Below, piece by piece: positions 53,445 through 64,000 of a stretch of 64,000 nt of DNA. The first letter of the stretch is position 1; the number at the start of each line of letters is the position of its first letter. Location of the stretch: positions 89,776,001 to 89,840,000 of the forward strand of contig JBITNC010000001.1 of the NCBI GenBank assembly GCA_050084985.1. Reading direction: 5' to 3'. The notes beneath the pieces are model-generated. The model was not told where the DNA came from, did not search any database, and saw nothing but the letters and a program-made list of their open reading frames with translations. The position numbers were made by a program, and so were the translations under genes. Origin of the DNA: Nageia nagi. Taxonomy: Eukaryota > Plantae > Pinophyta.

Positions 53445-56345
53445 ATGTTTGCAGATAAAGAAATGGTGAGGAGGGAAATGGATGGGGTGTTAACAATCAT
53501 GAAGATGTTGTTGAGCTTAGCTTTGGCCATGGCATTTGCAATAACTGATGCCAACGCTGCTAACCATACGTATTTTGGGAAGAAGAGTTTTTTACATGGA
53601 GGAAGTTTTTCCCTGCCAAATGAACGTATGCTGCTTGCAGAAGACGGTTCAGATGATAGGAGGGATATTGAAGCTCTTCTATCATTCCGAAAGACCATCA
53701 ATTCCGATCCACTGCAAGCGCTCTCTACTTGGACTGCAAACAATTCCGAGAAGGTGTGCTCGTGGAATGGTGTTTGGTGCAGAAAGCATACGAAAAGAGT
53801 GGTTGCCATCATCCTCCCGGATCTCCAACTGGAAGGTACAATTTCTCCTTCCTTGGGAGATCTTTCCTTACTGCACACTTTGAATCTGTCTCTCAATTAT
53901 TTCATAGGAAATATTCCACCAGAGCTAGGACAGCTCAAAGCATTGAGGGTGCTCGACCTCAATACTAACCAACTTACTGGTGGTATACCCAAATCTCTGG
54001 CTAACTGCAAACATCTTCAGTGGATCAGTCTTTCAGTCAACAAATTGAGTGGGAGCATACCACCAGAATTTGGTCGGCTGCAAGAGTTAGAGCACCTCCG
54101 TGTGTCGTACAATAATTTGATTGGAAGCATTCCCACTTCTCTGAGCAACTGCACCTCTCTTCTTACCTTAGTGATTGCCTACAGCAATCTCAGCGGTACA
54201 ATACCTTCAGTTTTGTGTGAGATTCAAAGTCTCACATATATTTACTTGGAAGGTAATTTCCTAACCGGTGACATTCCTCCTTGTCTTGCTAATTGTTCTC
54301 AATTGTTTTTCATAGCACTTGGTCACAACAGCTTGACAGGAAGCATTCCCTCTGAATTTGGGAGGCTTGACAAACTAGAGCAACTCTATCTACAATCCAG
54401 CGGGTTAAAAAGCCAAATCCCTTCAGAGCTCGGTAATTGTTCTTCTCTCCAAGTGTTATTTATTGGAGATAACTCATTGCATGGGAAAATACCACCAGAA
54501 TTAGGAAAATTGAAACAGCTTGGTCAGTTATCCCTCTATGGCCCTGGGTCTCTTACAGGCTCTGTTCCTGCTGAAATAGGAAATTGTAGCAATCTTGAAT
54601 GGCTGGATTTAACAACTAACTGGCTTAACGGTTCTCTGCCGACCAGTATGTCTAGCCTTCCCATTTCCACTTTTTCTTTAAGCTTTAATAGTTTTGAAGG
54701 CAAACTACCAAATGCAATCTTCATGAATTGGACCCAGCTTAGCCAACTAGATCTTGGTTATAACAATTTCACTGGAACCATTCCAAACGATATTGGAAGG
54801 CTGACAGAGCTAACCTATTTGAGTTATGGCGCAAATAGCCTAACGGGTACCATACCCGAGAGTATAGCTAACCTGACCAAGCTCGAGACTCTGCATCTTC
54901 ACTCTAACCATTTGGGAGGCATAATTCCCGAGGCCATAGGGAATCTCCAAAACATCCAAAAGTTGCTTTTGAATTTGAATCGTTTGAGTGGGCCTATACC
55001 AGAAAATATTGGTGAACTCAAAAATCTTACTCAGCTTCTGCTGTTCGGCAATAATATATCTGGTATTATTCCTAAAACCATAAGCGGATTGGTCTTCTTG
55101 CAGTATTTGGACTTGTCAGATAACAAGCTTAAAGGAAGCATTCCTGAGGATATTGGTAATTGCACTGGCCTGCAACAGCTAGTTTTATCCCAGAACATGC
55201 TCAATGGAAAGATTCCAGAATCGATAGGCAACTGTGAGTCTATGACAGATTTGCTACTCATCGATAATCTTTTGTCAGGCAGAATTCCAGCTTCACTCAG
55301 CAACTTGACATCTCTAAAGAAGCTAAAGCTGTCCTACAATTCATTCGACGGAACTCTTACAGATATAAGATTTTCTTCTTCTCTGGAAGTTCTGTCTGCT
55401 CACTATAATCACTTGTCAGGGACTCTGCCTGCATCCTTGGCCAACTGTACGCAAATCCAGCTTTTGGATCTGAGAACAAATAATTTGACAGGTAAGCTCC
55501 CTCCTTACTTGGCACATTTTCAAGATCTGAGAGTTTTAAGTGTTGGGTATAATATGCTTCAAGGCAATCTTCCTCCGTGGATTACCAACCTTACCCAGCT
55601 ACAAGTGCTGGATCTGTCCAACAATAAATTGCAGGGAGTAATATCTGATCATCTGGAACGTCTTCTTGGGTTTGGAATCCTTGGAGATCCTCGATTGAGT
55701 GGCAACACCCTCTATGAGGATACGGTAGTTGTAATTAAAGGTCAGGAGTACAGGCTCGACTATGTAATGGCATCAAACACCATCCTTGACTTGTCAAACA
55801 ATAATCTCACAGGTGAAATACCGGCAAGCATAGGGAGCCTTAGTAGTCTGCGGTTACTAAATCTGTCTAGAAACCAATTAGAGGGGATGATACCGCCATC
55901 CATTGGGCAGATATCAACTCTGGAGCAGTTGGACTTGTCTCACAATAAACTTACAGGGCGAATTCCGGAGGAGCTTTCTAGCTTGTCCAAGTTGGCGTCT
56001 CTGGATGTTTCGTCAAACAGGCTTTCTGGAGTAATACCGAGTGGAACTCAATTTGGAACGTTCAACAAGAGTGCATTCGAGTACAATGAAGGTCTATGCG
56101 GATCCCCTTTACCCAAATGCAACCAAACCAACAATGAATCGCCAGAACATGATATTGTGGAGGAGTCGCGGTGGTCATTGTGGAGGACGGTGGATGAAAA
56201 CATCTCGGTGATTGGTCTTGCATTGGGATTTGGGATTGGATTTGGTGGGGCAATCTCTCTCATTACTGGATGGGCTAGACTCAGAAATATGGTACTGGGC
56301 TCTCAAGTGCGACGCCGAATTGGAGTGTACCGATTTCCAAAGTAG
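53445..56345 (+). CDS. LRR receptor-like protein (signal peptide, LRRNT, ~26 LRR + island + 4 LRR, TM, short tail; no kinase)
   Basis: Intact intronless 966-aa ORF with LRRNT CSWNGVWC, regular LxxLxLxxNxLxGxIP repeats, island LYEDTVVVIKG, C-cap NEGLCGSPLPKC, acidic juxtamembrane region, GxxxG TM (GLALGFGIGFGG) and a basic tail. The true start may be ATG 53463 or later. Confidence 0.97.
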   Translation: MFADKEMVRREMDGVLTIMKMLLSLALAMAFAITDANAANHTYFGKKSFLHGGSFSLPNERMLLAEDGSDDRRDIEALLSFRKTINSDPLQALSTWTANNSEKVCSWNGVWCRKHTKRVVAIILPDLQLEGTISPSLGDLSLLHTLNLSLNYFIGNIPPELGQLKALRVLDLNTNQLTGGIPKSLANCKHLQWISLSVNKLSGSIPPEFGRLQELEHLRVSYNNLIGSIPTSLSNCTSLLTLVIAYSNLSGTIPSVLCEIQSLTYIYLEGNFLTGDIPPCLANCSQLFFIALGHNSLTGSIPSEFGRLDKLEQLYLQSSGLKSQIPSELGNCSSLQVLFIGDNSLHGKIPPELGKLKQLGQLSLYGPGSLTGSVPAEIGNCSNLEWLDLTTNWLNGSLPTSMSSLPISTFSLSFNSFEGKLPNAIFMNWTQLSQLDLGYNNFTGTIPNDIGRLTELTYLSYGANSLTGTIPESIANLTKLETLHLHSNHLGGIIPEAIGNLQNIQKLLLNLNRLSGPIPENIGELKNLTQLLLFGNNISGIIPKTISGLVFLQYLDLSDNKLKGSIPEDIGNCTGLQQLVLSQNMLNGKIPESIGNCESMTDLLLIDNLLSGRIPASLSNLTSLKKLKLSYNSFDGTLTDIRFSSSLEVLSAHYNHLSGTLPASLANCTQIQLLDLRTNNLTGKLPPYLAHFQDLRVLSVGYNMLQGNLPPWITNLTQLQVLDLSNNKLQGVISDHLERLLGFGILGDPRLSGNTLYEDTVVVIKGQEYRLDYVMASNTILDLSNNNLTGEIPASIGSLSSLRLLNLSRNQLEGMIPPSIGQISTLEQLDLSHNKLTGRIPEELSSLSKLASLDVSSNRLSGVIPSGTQFGTFNKSAFEYNEGLCGSPLPKCNQTNNESPEHDIVEESRWSLWRTVDENISVIGLALGFGIGFGGAISLITGWARLRNMVLGSQVRRRIGVYRFPK

Positions 56346-56601
56346 TTCCTAGCAGCAACAGCTTTCGGTATCATCACCAATGAAACCTAGTGTTTTCTAT
56401 AAGTAGCAAACTCTTATTTCTGTAAAATTGTTTATAATTTCAAATCAGAGGCTACTTAGACTTGTATCTTGCAATGTAGAAGTTAATATTACTAGCCATT
56501 GCAACCTTTGGCAATGGGTACGCCGGAAATTAGTAATGGTTCAAGTAGAACCCATCAGGACTTCAAAGGGGATTTTCTTGATGGTAATGTGTCCTCTTTA
56601 C

Positions 56602-56920
56602 ATGCTGTCCCCTGAAAATGACAGGTAAGAGAAATTAAACTATAATGTTACCCTTGAGCTCTTTCCTTGTGTGTTATAAGATTACTACAATTTTTCTGAT
56701 CAAAACATTTCAACCCTGAAGAAGCTTCTTACTTTATCCACAGCCTTTTCTACCTACCTGCCATATTCCAGATAAGAACTTCTCAACCAAAACACTGTCC
56801 AGTTTACAGATACATTAGGGATATCAAACTCTTCATCTTTTAATTCTCCTGTAAAGATAGAAAAACTAGCTATGTTCCCTGAACATGACAGGTAAGAAAA
56901 GTTAAATTATAATGTTACCT
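56602..56920. repeat. ~50-bp direct repeat pair (56602-56654, 56870-56920)
   Basis: ccctgaa(a/c)atgacaggtaaga.aa.ttaaa.tataatgttacc occurs twice. Confidence 0.8.
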
Positions 56921-58379
56921 ATAATGGCAGAAACAAAAATAATTTTTTTGCACATATAATGTAGAATGGTTGAAATCGCAAACTTTTGTTGAAATCAAAT
57001 TCCGGATCCCTCAAGCAAATTGCATAGGAGTAGATACTAGATAGCACACTCAATATGACATGCTGACTGCTGAACATGGCTACTAAGTTACTAACATAAG
57101 TAAGATTGATATCTGGCTTATTCTGACATCTAAGATAATGACTTCTTTATTCACATTTCAGAATTGATATGCAAACATTCTGCAGGCCACAAAATTCAAA
57201 TCATCCAAATATAGCATAATTTGGCCTTGCAGTAATGCATCCCAGTTTTCTATGACATGGTTGATCAGCATGGAGATATCTTGACCAAGTTAAACTTGGT
57301 CCCTTCCGAGACAGGAATCCAGTTTTCAGATATGCTATTAAATTGAACAAGCAAAGCAAAAGATTATTGTTCTAAGTTAAAATCAATCCACATGAAAAAA
57401 ATAACTATTCATCCAGCTATTTTAAATATAAATATTTTCTCAAAATCCAAAATCTATAAAGAACTCGCAAGTTCTTGGCACAGATGAATGCAACAAAACC
57501 AAACAATGACTGCATTTGTTTGCTTACTAGTTGAATCAAACCAATACACTTGAAAGAAAGAGCCAATTAAAAAGAAAATATTTATTTGCAGTACAAAATT
57601 TGTAAAGAACTCATAATCTCCTTGGTGAACATAATCAAGACAAGCTAAAAGAAGGCTATAATAATTGCCCCGCACTTAAAAATGTTAGAACCCTGAAACT
57701 ACTTAATTCAATTTCTTCTTACACTAAGAACAAAAAGTCCATCACTAAAACCATAACGCTCTCGTGCGAATCTCATTTTTGTTTACTTACCAATCAAAAT
57801 CAAACTGAGATTCACTTGAATGAAATTGTGCCTGTATGTTTGTAGAACACAGTACAAAGATTATTGAACTATCATAAATTCAGCATCAACCATATATTAA
57901 CAAAGGAAACATTTTCAAACGCTACTGGACTGCCAAATAAATAGTTCCAATTCACTGTACAAAAAAACCCTAAATAACCAGTTTGGAGAAACTAATGTTA
58001 TAATTCACAAGCTCCACTGACATACAGTATGCATATACATAGTACCATAGGCTCTGCCTAGTGCAACCTCCATTACGGGAGTACAAAGGAAAAATTGGCA
58101 TCCAATTTTCCGCTCAAATCTAAAAATTGTTACCATTCGCCTTCTGAAACTAACCTGTCAGCTTGTATGTTGAAGAACTTAAATGAAGCATCAGAGAGAC
58201 GATTTAATTGTCCCAGGCGGTGAGTCGAAGCAGCACGAGAAAGCCCGAAACAATGGGATCAATGGCAGAGTAATCATAATTGAGCAAAACAACTAAAAAC
58301 AAAATAGCAGCATCATGATCATAATTAACCACCCAAGAATAATTGATTTTACTTGAATTGCCTGATCCTATATGATTAC

Positions 58380-59180
58380 AACAAAGTATGTTCACGTAAT
58401 CTCTTAAAGAAATTGAATGGCATAGAGGACAGCTTGTGGTGAAACCAGGGATGACACAACGTCTAGAACCCAGAAATCATAGCCATGACTCTAAAGGGCA
58501 TAACATACAGCACAATAGCAATTGTAAGACAATATATGATAAAAATAGCAGTAGCTCTGGTCCCTTCAACTTAGCAGGGCTGGAACCTCTCTCCCTGGGT
58601 TGCCAAATCCCCCACAACAGTCTAAATACGGGGAAGGTATCGAATTTCTCATCCAACTCATCTAGGTGCACTGCCTAAGAATGGGAAAGACAGGTGTCCA
58701 TATGGCGCTGGTGTTGGGGCCTCCATCAGAAGTGTCATATCCCAATAAAAAAATCAAAAACATATTAAAAAACATAGTGGACAGGATTAATTTCGGGCAC
58801 CAAACAAGAATCAGGAACAGAATATGAATCAGTAAGGTTGTGACCGGGTTCTTCCAAACCAGTGGGTAACAATAATAACCCCCAACAGAATGCTCATGAT
58901 GCGGAAAAAGTTCGCCTTGTTGCGTCTCATGCTCCACATATGGGAATCCACATATTCATGACCTGGTAGCGGAGACTCTCCAGTTGCCCCACCGACAAGG
59001 GGCAGAGATAATGTATTTCGGGCAATAGAGGGGAAGTGTATATGTGAAGCATATTCATCGAGCTGTAGGTAAAACGCACCGCCAGCTGCAGCTCCCCCAT
59101 TTTCTTCACCACAGAAGGATGCTATACCAGTAATGGGTTTTGATGGGCATACAGCCTATCAATCTCCAGCGTCGATAGAC
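58380..59180 (-). pseudogene. MCTP / FT-interacting protein family pseudogene (end of last C2 domain plus PRT_C region)
   Basis: LSTLEIDRLYAH..VKKMGELQLAVRFT..YTSPLLPEIHY..HMWSMRRNKANFFRIM..WKNPVTTLLIHILFLILV..HLDELDEKFDTFP..VVGDLATQGERFQ..PFNFFKRL, with frameshifts, stops and internal deletions. Confidence 0.92.
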
Positions 59181-59389
59181 CAGGTATTTGTCGGCATTCT
59201 GTAAAACAATTAACAGATTGAATATACTTATTATTATTATTAATTCAATCATTATTATTGATTCATATAATTGAAGTATATTTTTATTTAAATATATCAT
59301 TATTTATTTAAAATTAAATATTTTTAATAAATAATTAATTTATTCAAATTAAAATATATTAAATTATTAGTCATGACGTTATTGATTAT

Positions 59390-60450
59390 ATTATCAAGTT
59401 TTTGTAAACTAATGAATGCTTCAAAGTCTTCAACCAAAGAAGTTGAATTAGTAATTTTTAAGATTTCAAAATTTCGATTTATTTTTTCTAACTTGTTAGT
59501 ATTGGTTGTATCCTTATTTCTCAAATTACTTTCAAAATATATCATACATTTACAAAAGAATTTTATTATATTTAAATATTTGAAATTTTTCATTTGTATA
59601 TTTAAATATTTTAAATTTTTCATTTGTATACAAAGTCTCGTACCTTCTCATAATAGTAATAACTCAACTTTGTTATTAATTTGAACAACAATATTGATAA
59701 AAAAAGTGAACTACAATTCCTCTCAAGTGTGGATTATTCCTCTTATAAATGAATTGAGAATAGTTTTTTGTTTATTCTCGAATCAATTTAATACTTGATG
59801 CATTTGCTCCAATTTTCCATCATCAAAGTGTTTATAATTGAATAAGTTCATATGTAGAAGGCTTATAATTATGAATATAAACTATATTTTCTATCATCAA
59901 ACTTAATGATATTTTATTCCATCCAAATTGCGCAATACACTATTCTAGGTTCAATCTAAAATATTACTATTTGTATTAAAAAAAATTCTATAAATTTCTA
60001 CCAAATATTCCAACTTATTTTACATGTTCAAGTAGATGATTCTTCATTTTGCTTGCATATGATATACCAATGAGGACCTTCAAATCTTTTTCTACTAAGC
60101 TTATCCCACGTAATATTCTTGTTGTGATATACTAACCATATAAAGACACTTGAATTTTGGTTGATATTTCATTTGCTAATTTTTTCCTCAAAATATAGAT
60201 TTCTTATAGTTTTATTATAAAAGTTATCAATGTTTATAGTGTATACTTTTTAAAGGAGTTTATATACTAAATAAACATCTCTTGTTCAAAATTATTAATG
60301 AAAATATTCTAAATAAATTTAATTTGTAGACAATAGGAAGTCCACATGACCCTAAAACTAATTGTAATTTATGTTGATGGATAGATGGAGAAAATGTAAT
60401 GTACCTTTCTAAGGTTTATCCAATTTAGCATTCAATTCTGCATTCATTCA
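59390..60450 (-). mobile_element. L1 LINE ORF2 3' remnant (zf-RVT plus RNase H)
   Basis: Minus strand: FIWLVYHNK/ITWDKLSRKRFEGPHWYIICKQNEESS (~60040-60150) and NNKVELLLL*EGTRLCIQM (~59620-59680). A 30-bp tandem duplication lies at 59568-59630. Confidence 0.7.
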
Positions 60451-60805
60451 CAAATTGGGGAATTAATGAACATGCTCATTAATCATCCAAAACATGTGTT
60501 CAAATTAGAATATAACAACAGTAGCCAAAATTGATATGCAACTCATATAACATGTGATTATGACCAAAATTAGGGTATTAGTTAGATCTGTAATATGACA
60601 TAAACATAGCTCCAAAAGTACTCAATTTGGATACATTCCCATGCATAATGAAGATAGTAGCATAGCAAAAATATATAAGAACATCCATTCACATTCCAGA
60701 TGTAATATGAGAGCCAATATCATCAATAATCAACCAAGAATAAGTACAGGGCTATAACAACCCTATAACAAGTTCTAGGGAAAAGTCCAAAACTTCAAAC
60801 ATAAA

Positions 60806-63800
60806 TGATCTGTAAAGATAGTTTGCCTATGACGATTTCCTATCTCACCACATACAAATTCTTTAAATTTTTTTGTCACTTTATCTCACAAGAAAAGAGA
60901 ATTACTTTCAAAATGTAAAAGCAAAATATTTGTGCAAGAATAAATAAAAACACCACAAGAGATTTTACCAACTTTGCCTCTTTATTTTGTGGAGCTTGAA
61001 TCAATCCTTAACCCCTCTCACTTTACAACGCTTAGTTTATTTTTCCACTCTCCCTTCCTCCCTCCTTTCTTTTTTTTTTTTCAAAAAAAATCGCAAGTGT
61101 TGGGCTTCCTTTTATAATTTTAAGGAAGCTAACTTACAAAAATATATGGTTACAACAAATAATTTGGTATCATTCCACGTAAAGTAGAATTTGGTTGTGG
61201 CCATCAACCAAAAATCATCTCCACTTGACCTTCTCCCAAAAGTAATAATAACCACTAACAATTACAAACCATACTATTTATCTTTTTACAAATTTAAAAA
61301 ATAACTCACTCAACGAATATATCTACACTCCTATTTTTGAGGGAGATAAAAATAATATTAACACCTTTCACCATTGAAAATAACTTAACAATATGTAATT
61401 ATCTCCCCTCCTTTATTTTAGGGAAATAATTAACTAAACTTCCAAAATATCCTCAACACCCACCTTCACTCAACATTTTCCACTTGTCAACTATAACAAG
61501 CATTTTGAAAAGTCAAGAGGAGTCTTTTTCTTTACCAAATACACCACCCAAACTTCACATGATGTTTTTGAAGATTTTCCATCAAGTGTATGCCACATCA
61601 TCATTGTGGTCCCACTTATAAATTTTGTCATCAAATTTATTTATTTTATTTTTTTAAAAAAACTTCAAATTGTAATAACTTTTGCATATGAAGTCAAATT
61701 TCAGTTCTGTAAGAAGTTCCAAAATCATGGAGATAAGATCTTTGAAATGGTACCCACATTTTGTTGAGTTTAGATGATCCAATTTTGGATCACTCCTTCC
61801 CACTAAGAGGGCTTTTGGTCCCCAAAAGCTTAGAGACTATGGTAAAATTGGGGAACCCCGTTACCCATCATGGCACCTTGCCAAATTGGCCTCCATGAAC
61901 TTGTTGTGTTGTACATCCATAGGCACCATGGCATAAAGCCAAAAAAATTTCTAAGTAAAAAATTATTCCCAAATGGATATGGATATGGTATTACTATTTT
62001 ATCATTCTACATGACTAACGACCTTTGCCTTATTTCCTCTTTCCATATGTGCATGGGTACCTCCTTTGTATTCACAATAATTGGAAGCTTCAATCCCACA
62101 CAAAACATCTTCTCATCAACAATAGATGAATATTCAATCTCATGGATTTTTTCATGTTCTTTAGTGATTATAGTAGTATTATTCTCTTTACTTTTCCCTT
62201 GATCATACCACTTAGGTGCTCGCTTGGGATACAGCCTCCAACATCCTTCTTTAACATGACCATCCTTGTCGTAACGAGAGCAATGTACTTTCTTTTTCTT
62301 ACCCTCCTCTTTTGTAGAGGATTTAAAAACTTTATCTTTTCCTTTAGATTTGGATTGGTAATCCTCTCAATCATACTTTTCACATTCTTCCAGATACTGT
62401 GCTTGAACACATACTTCATCTAGATTTGTAGGTTTAAAAAGTAAAATGGTGTGACGAAGATAACTATGAAGACCTCCAATATACTTCAGTAAACATGCAT
62501 CAATTTTCAAAGACTCACTGAGTAGGGTAGGTCTTTTCTTGAATTCAATGGTATACTCTTGAACACTTTATTCTTTCGACTGCTTAAAGTTATACCACTG
62601 CATGGTTTGCTTTTGATGATAGCCAAGTAGGTAGAATTAATCTTGAAATAATTCTTTGAATGCATGTCATCTTGTCACTGGAACTTCATCAAAACTGGTA
62701 ACAAAATCCAAATAAGCTTCCCACCAAACTAGAACATGTCCCTCTAACTTTAATGTAGCTACTTCGATTTTATCCTCATCACTTTCAATCTTCTAGACTC
62801 AAAAATAGGCCTCCATTTCCTTAAACCATTGATTAAGCTTTTCGAGATCCATCTCTCCTACAAATGATTTGAGCTCAAATTTCACCTCCATCTTCAAGGG
62901 TAATCTCTTCTCAATTTGAGAACTCTCTCTGATTATATTCTCTTTTCCTTTAGCTCCATTATCTTGATTCTTTTGCAAATTTGCAATAGTATCAACCAAT
63001 TACTCAAGGTCTTCTTGATCATTTTGAGTCTTTTTGCAAAATCTTCTAGCATGGTAGTAGATGGATTTGCTTTGGCCATTCTAGCTTCTCTTTTTTGCCT
63101 CAACCAAATTCTCTATCCAATCTTAGGATTCTTTGCAACAATCTCTCCTTCACCTCTTTTGCTTTGAGATCTAGTAATCATGCAAACAATTTCCACCAAA
63201 CAAAGTTGTGCAAAGATAGATTTAATACATGCCCATAATAAAAAATGCTCTGATACCTATATGATCTATAAATATAGTTTGCCTATGGAGATTCCCTATC
63301 TCACCACATATGAATTATTTAAATATTTTTGCCACTTTATCTCATAGGAAAAGAGAATTACTTTCTAAGTGTAAACGTAAAATATTTGTGCAAGAATAAA
63401 TAAAAATACCACAAGAGATTTTACCAACTTTGCCTCTTTATTTTGTGGAGCTTGAATCAATCCTTGACCCCTCTCACTTTACAACACTTAGTGTATTTTT
63501 CCACTCACCCTTCTTCTCTCCTTTCTTTTTTTTTTTCAAAAAGAAATCCCAAGTGTTAGGCTTCCTTTTATAATTTTAAAGAAGCTAACTTACAAAAATA
63601 TATGGTTACAAAAAATAACTTGGCATCATTCTCCATAAAATAGAATTTGGTTGTGGCCATCAACCAAAAATCATCTCCACTTGTCCTTCTCCCAAAAATA
63701 ATAATAACCACTAAAAAAAAAACAATTACAAACCATACTATTTGTCTTTTTACAAATAAAAAAAAAAAAACTCACTCAACGAATATATCTCCACTCCTAT

Positions 63801-64000
63801 TTTTGAGGGAGATAAAAATAATATTAACACCTTGCACCCTTAAAAATAACTAAACAATATATAATTATCTCCACTCCTTTATTTTAGGGAAATAATTAAC
63901 TAAACTTCCAAAATAGCCTCAACACCCACCTTCACTCAACATTTGCTGCTTGTCAACTATACCAAGCATTTTGAAAAGTCAAGGGGAGGCTTTCAAACTT
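60806..64000 (-). mobile_element. LTR element with gag-only interior (TR-GAG-like); LTRs at 60806-~61870 and 63262->64000
   Basis: Highly similar direct repeats start TGATCT. The minus-strand PBS is AGGTATCAGAGC (63247-63258). gag reads KMEVKFELKSFVGEMDLEKLNQWFKEMEAYF, LKLEGHVLVWW and knuckle HCSRYDKDGHVKEGCW. No PR, RT or INT was recognised between the LTRs. Confidence 0.88.

Noticed and set aside
53402-56263. Antisense and alternate-frame ORFs inside the RLP (e.g. 53402-53896, 55031-55303)
   Set aside because: Shadows of the GC-richer LRR coding sequence with no recognisable domains.
56328-56342. YxxPhi endocytosis motif in the RLP tail
   Set aside because: YRFP has Pro, not a bulky hydrophobic residue, at +3.

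Overview
AT-rich, CpG-depleted plant nuclear DNA, probably from a gymnosperm/conifer (inferred from the Tat retroelement architecture and the PPR and LRR-RLP types). Most of it is nested, decayed transposons. These include two + strand Ty3/Gypsy Tat elements with the order PR-aRH-RT-RH-INT, a minus-strand Tat/Ogre-type element (RT-RH-aRH-INT), chromovirus fragments, a chimeric Ty1/Copia, and a clean non-autonomous CACTA element with a 3-bp TSD. There are also two LTR-bounded non-autonomous elements, a solo LTR and L1 LINE remnants. The only intact gene is a single-exon LRR receptor-like protein (53445-56345). Around it lie gene debris: two PPR fragments, an orphan reductase exon, a copy of the RLP start and an MCTP/FTIP pseudogene. 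The most unusual items are (i) an ORF1-only L1 derivative with a tRNA-like Pol III head inside a single TSD (38497-40525) and (ii) an ~800-bp CpG-rich array of about 55 15-bp units with a conserved TGACGTGGCA bZIP core, next to a 420-bp foldback (18411-19870). All domain calls come from recognising motifs in manual translations. No database search was run, and the boundaries of decayed elements are approximate.
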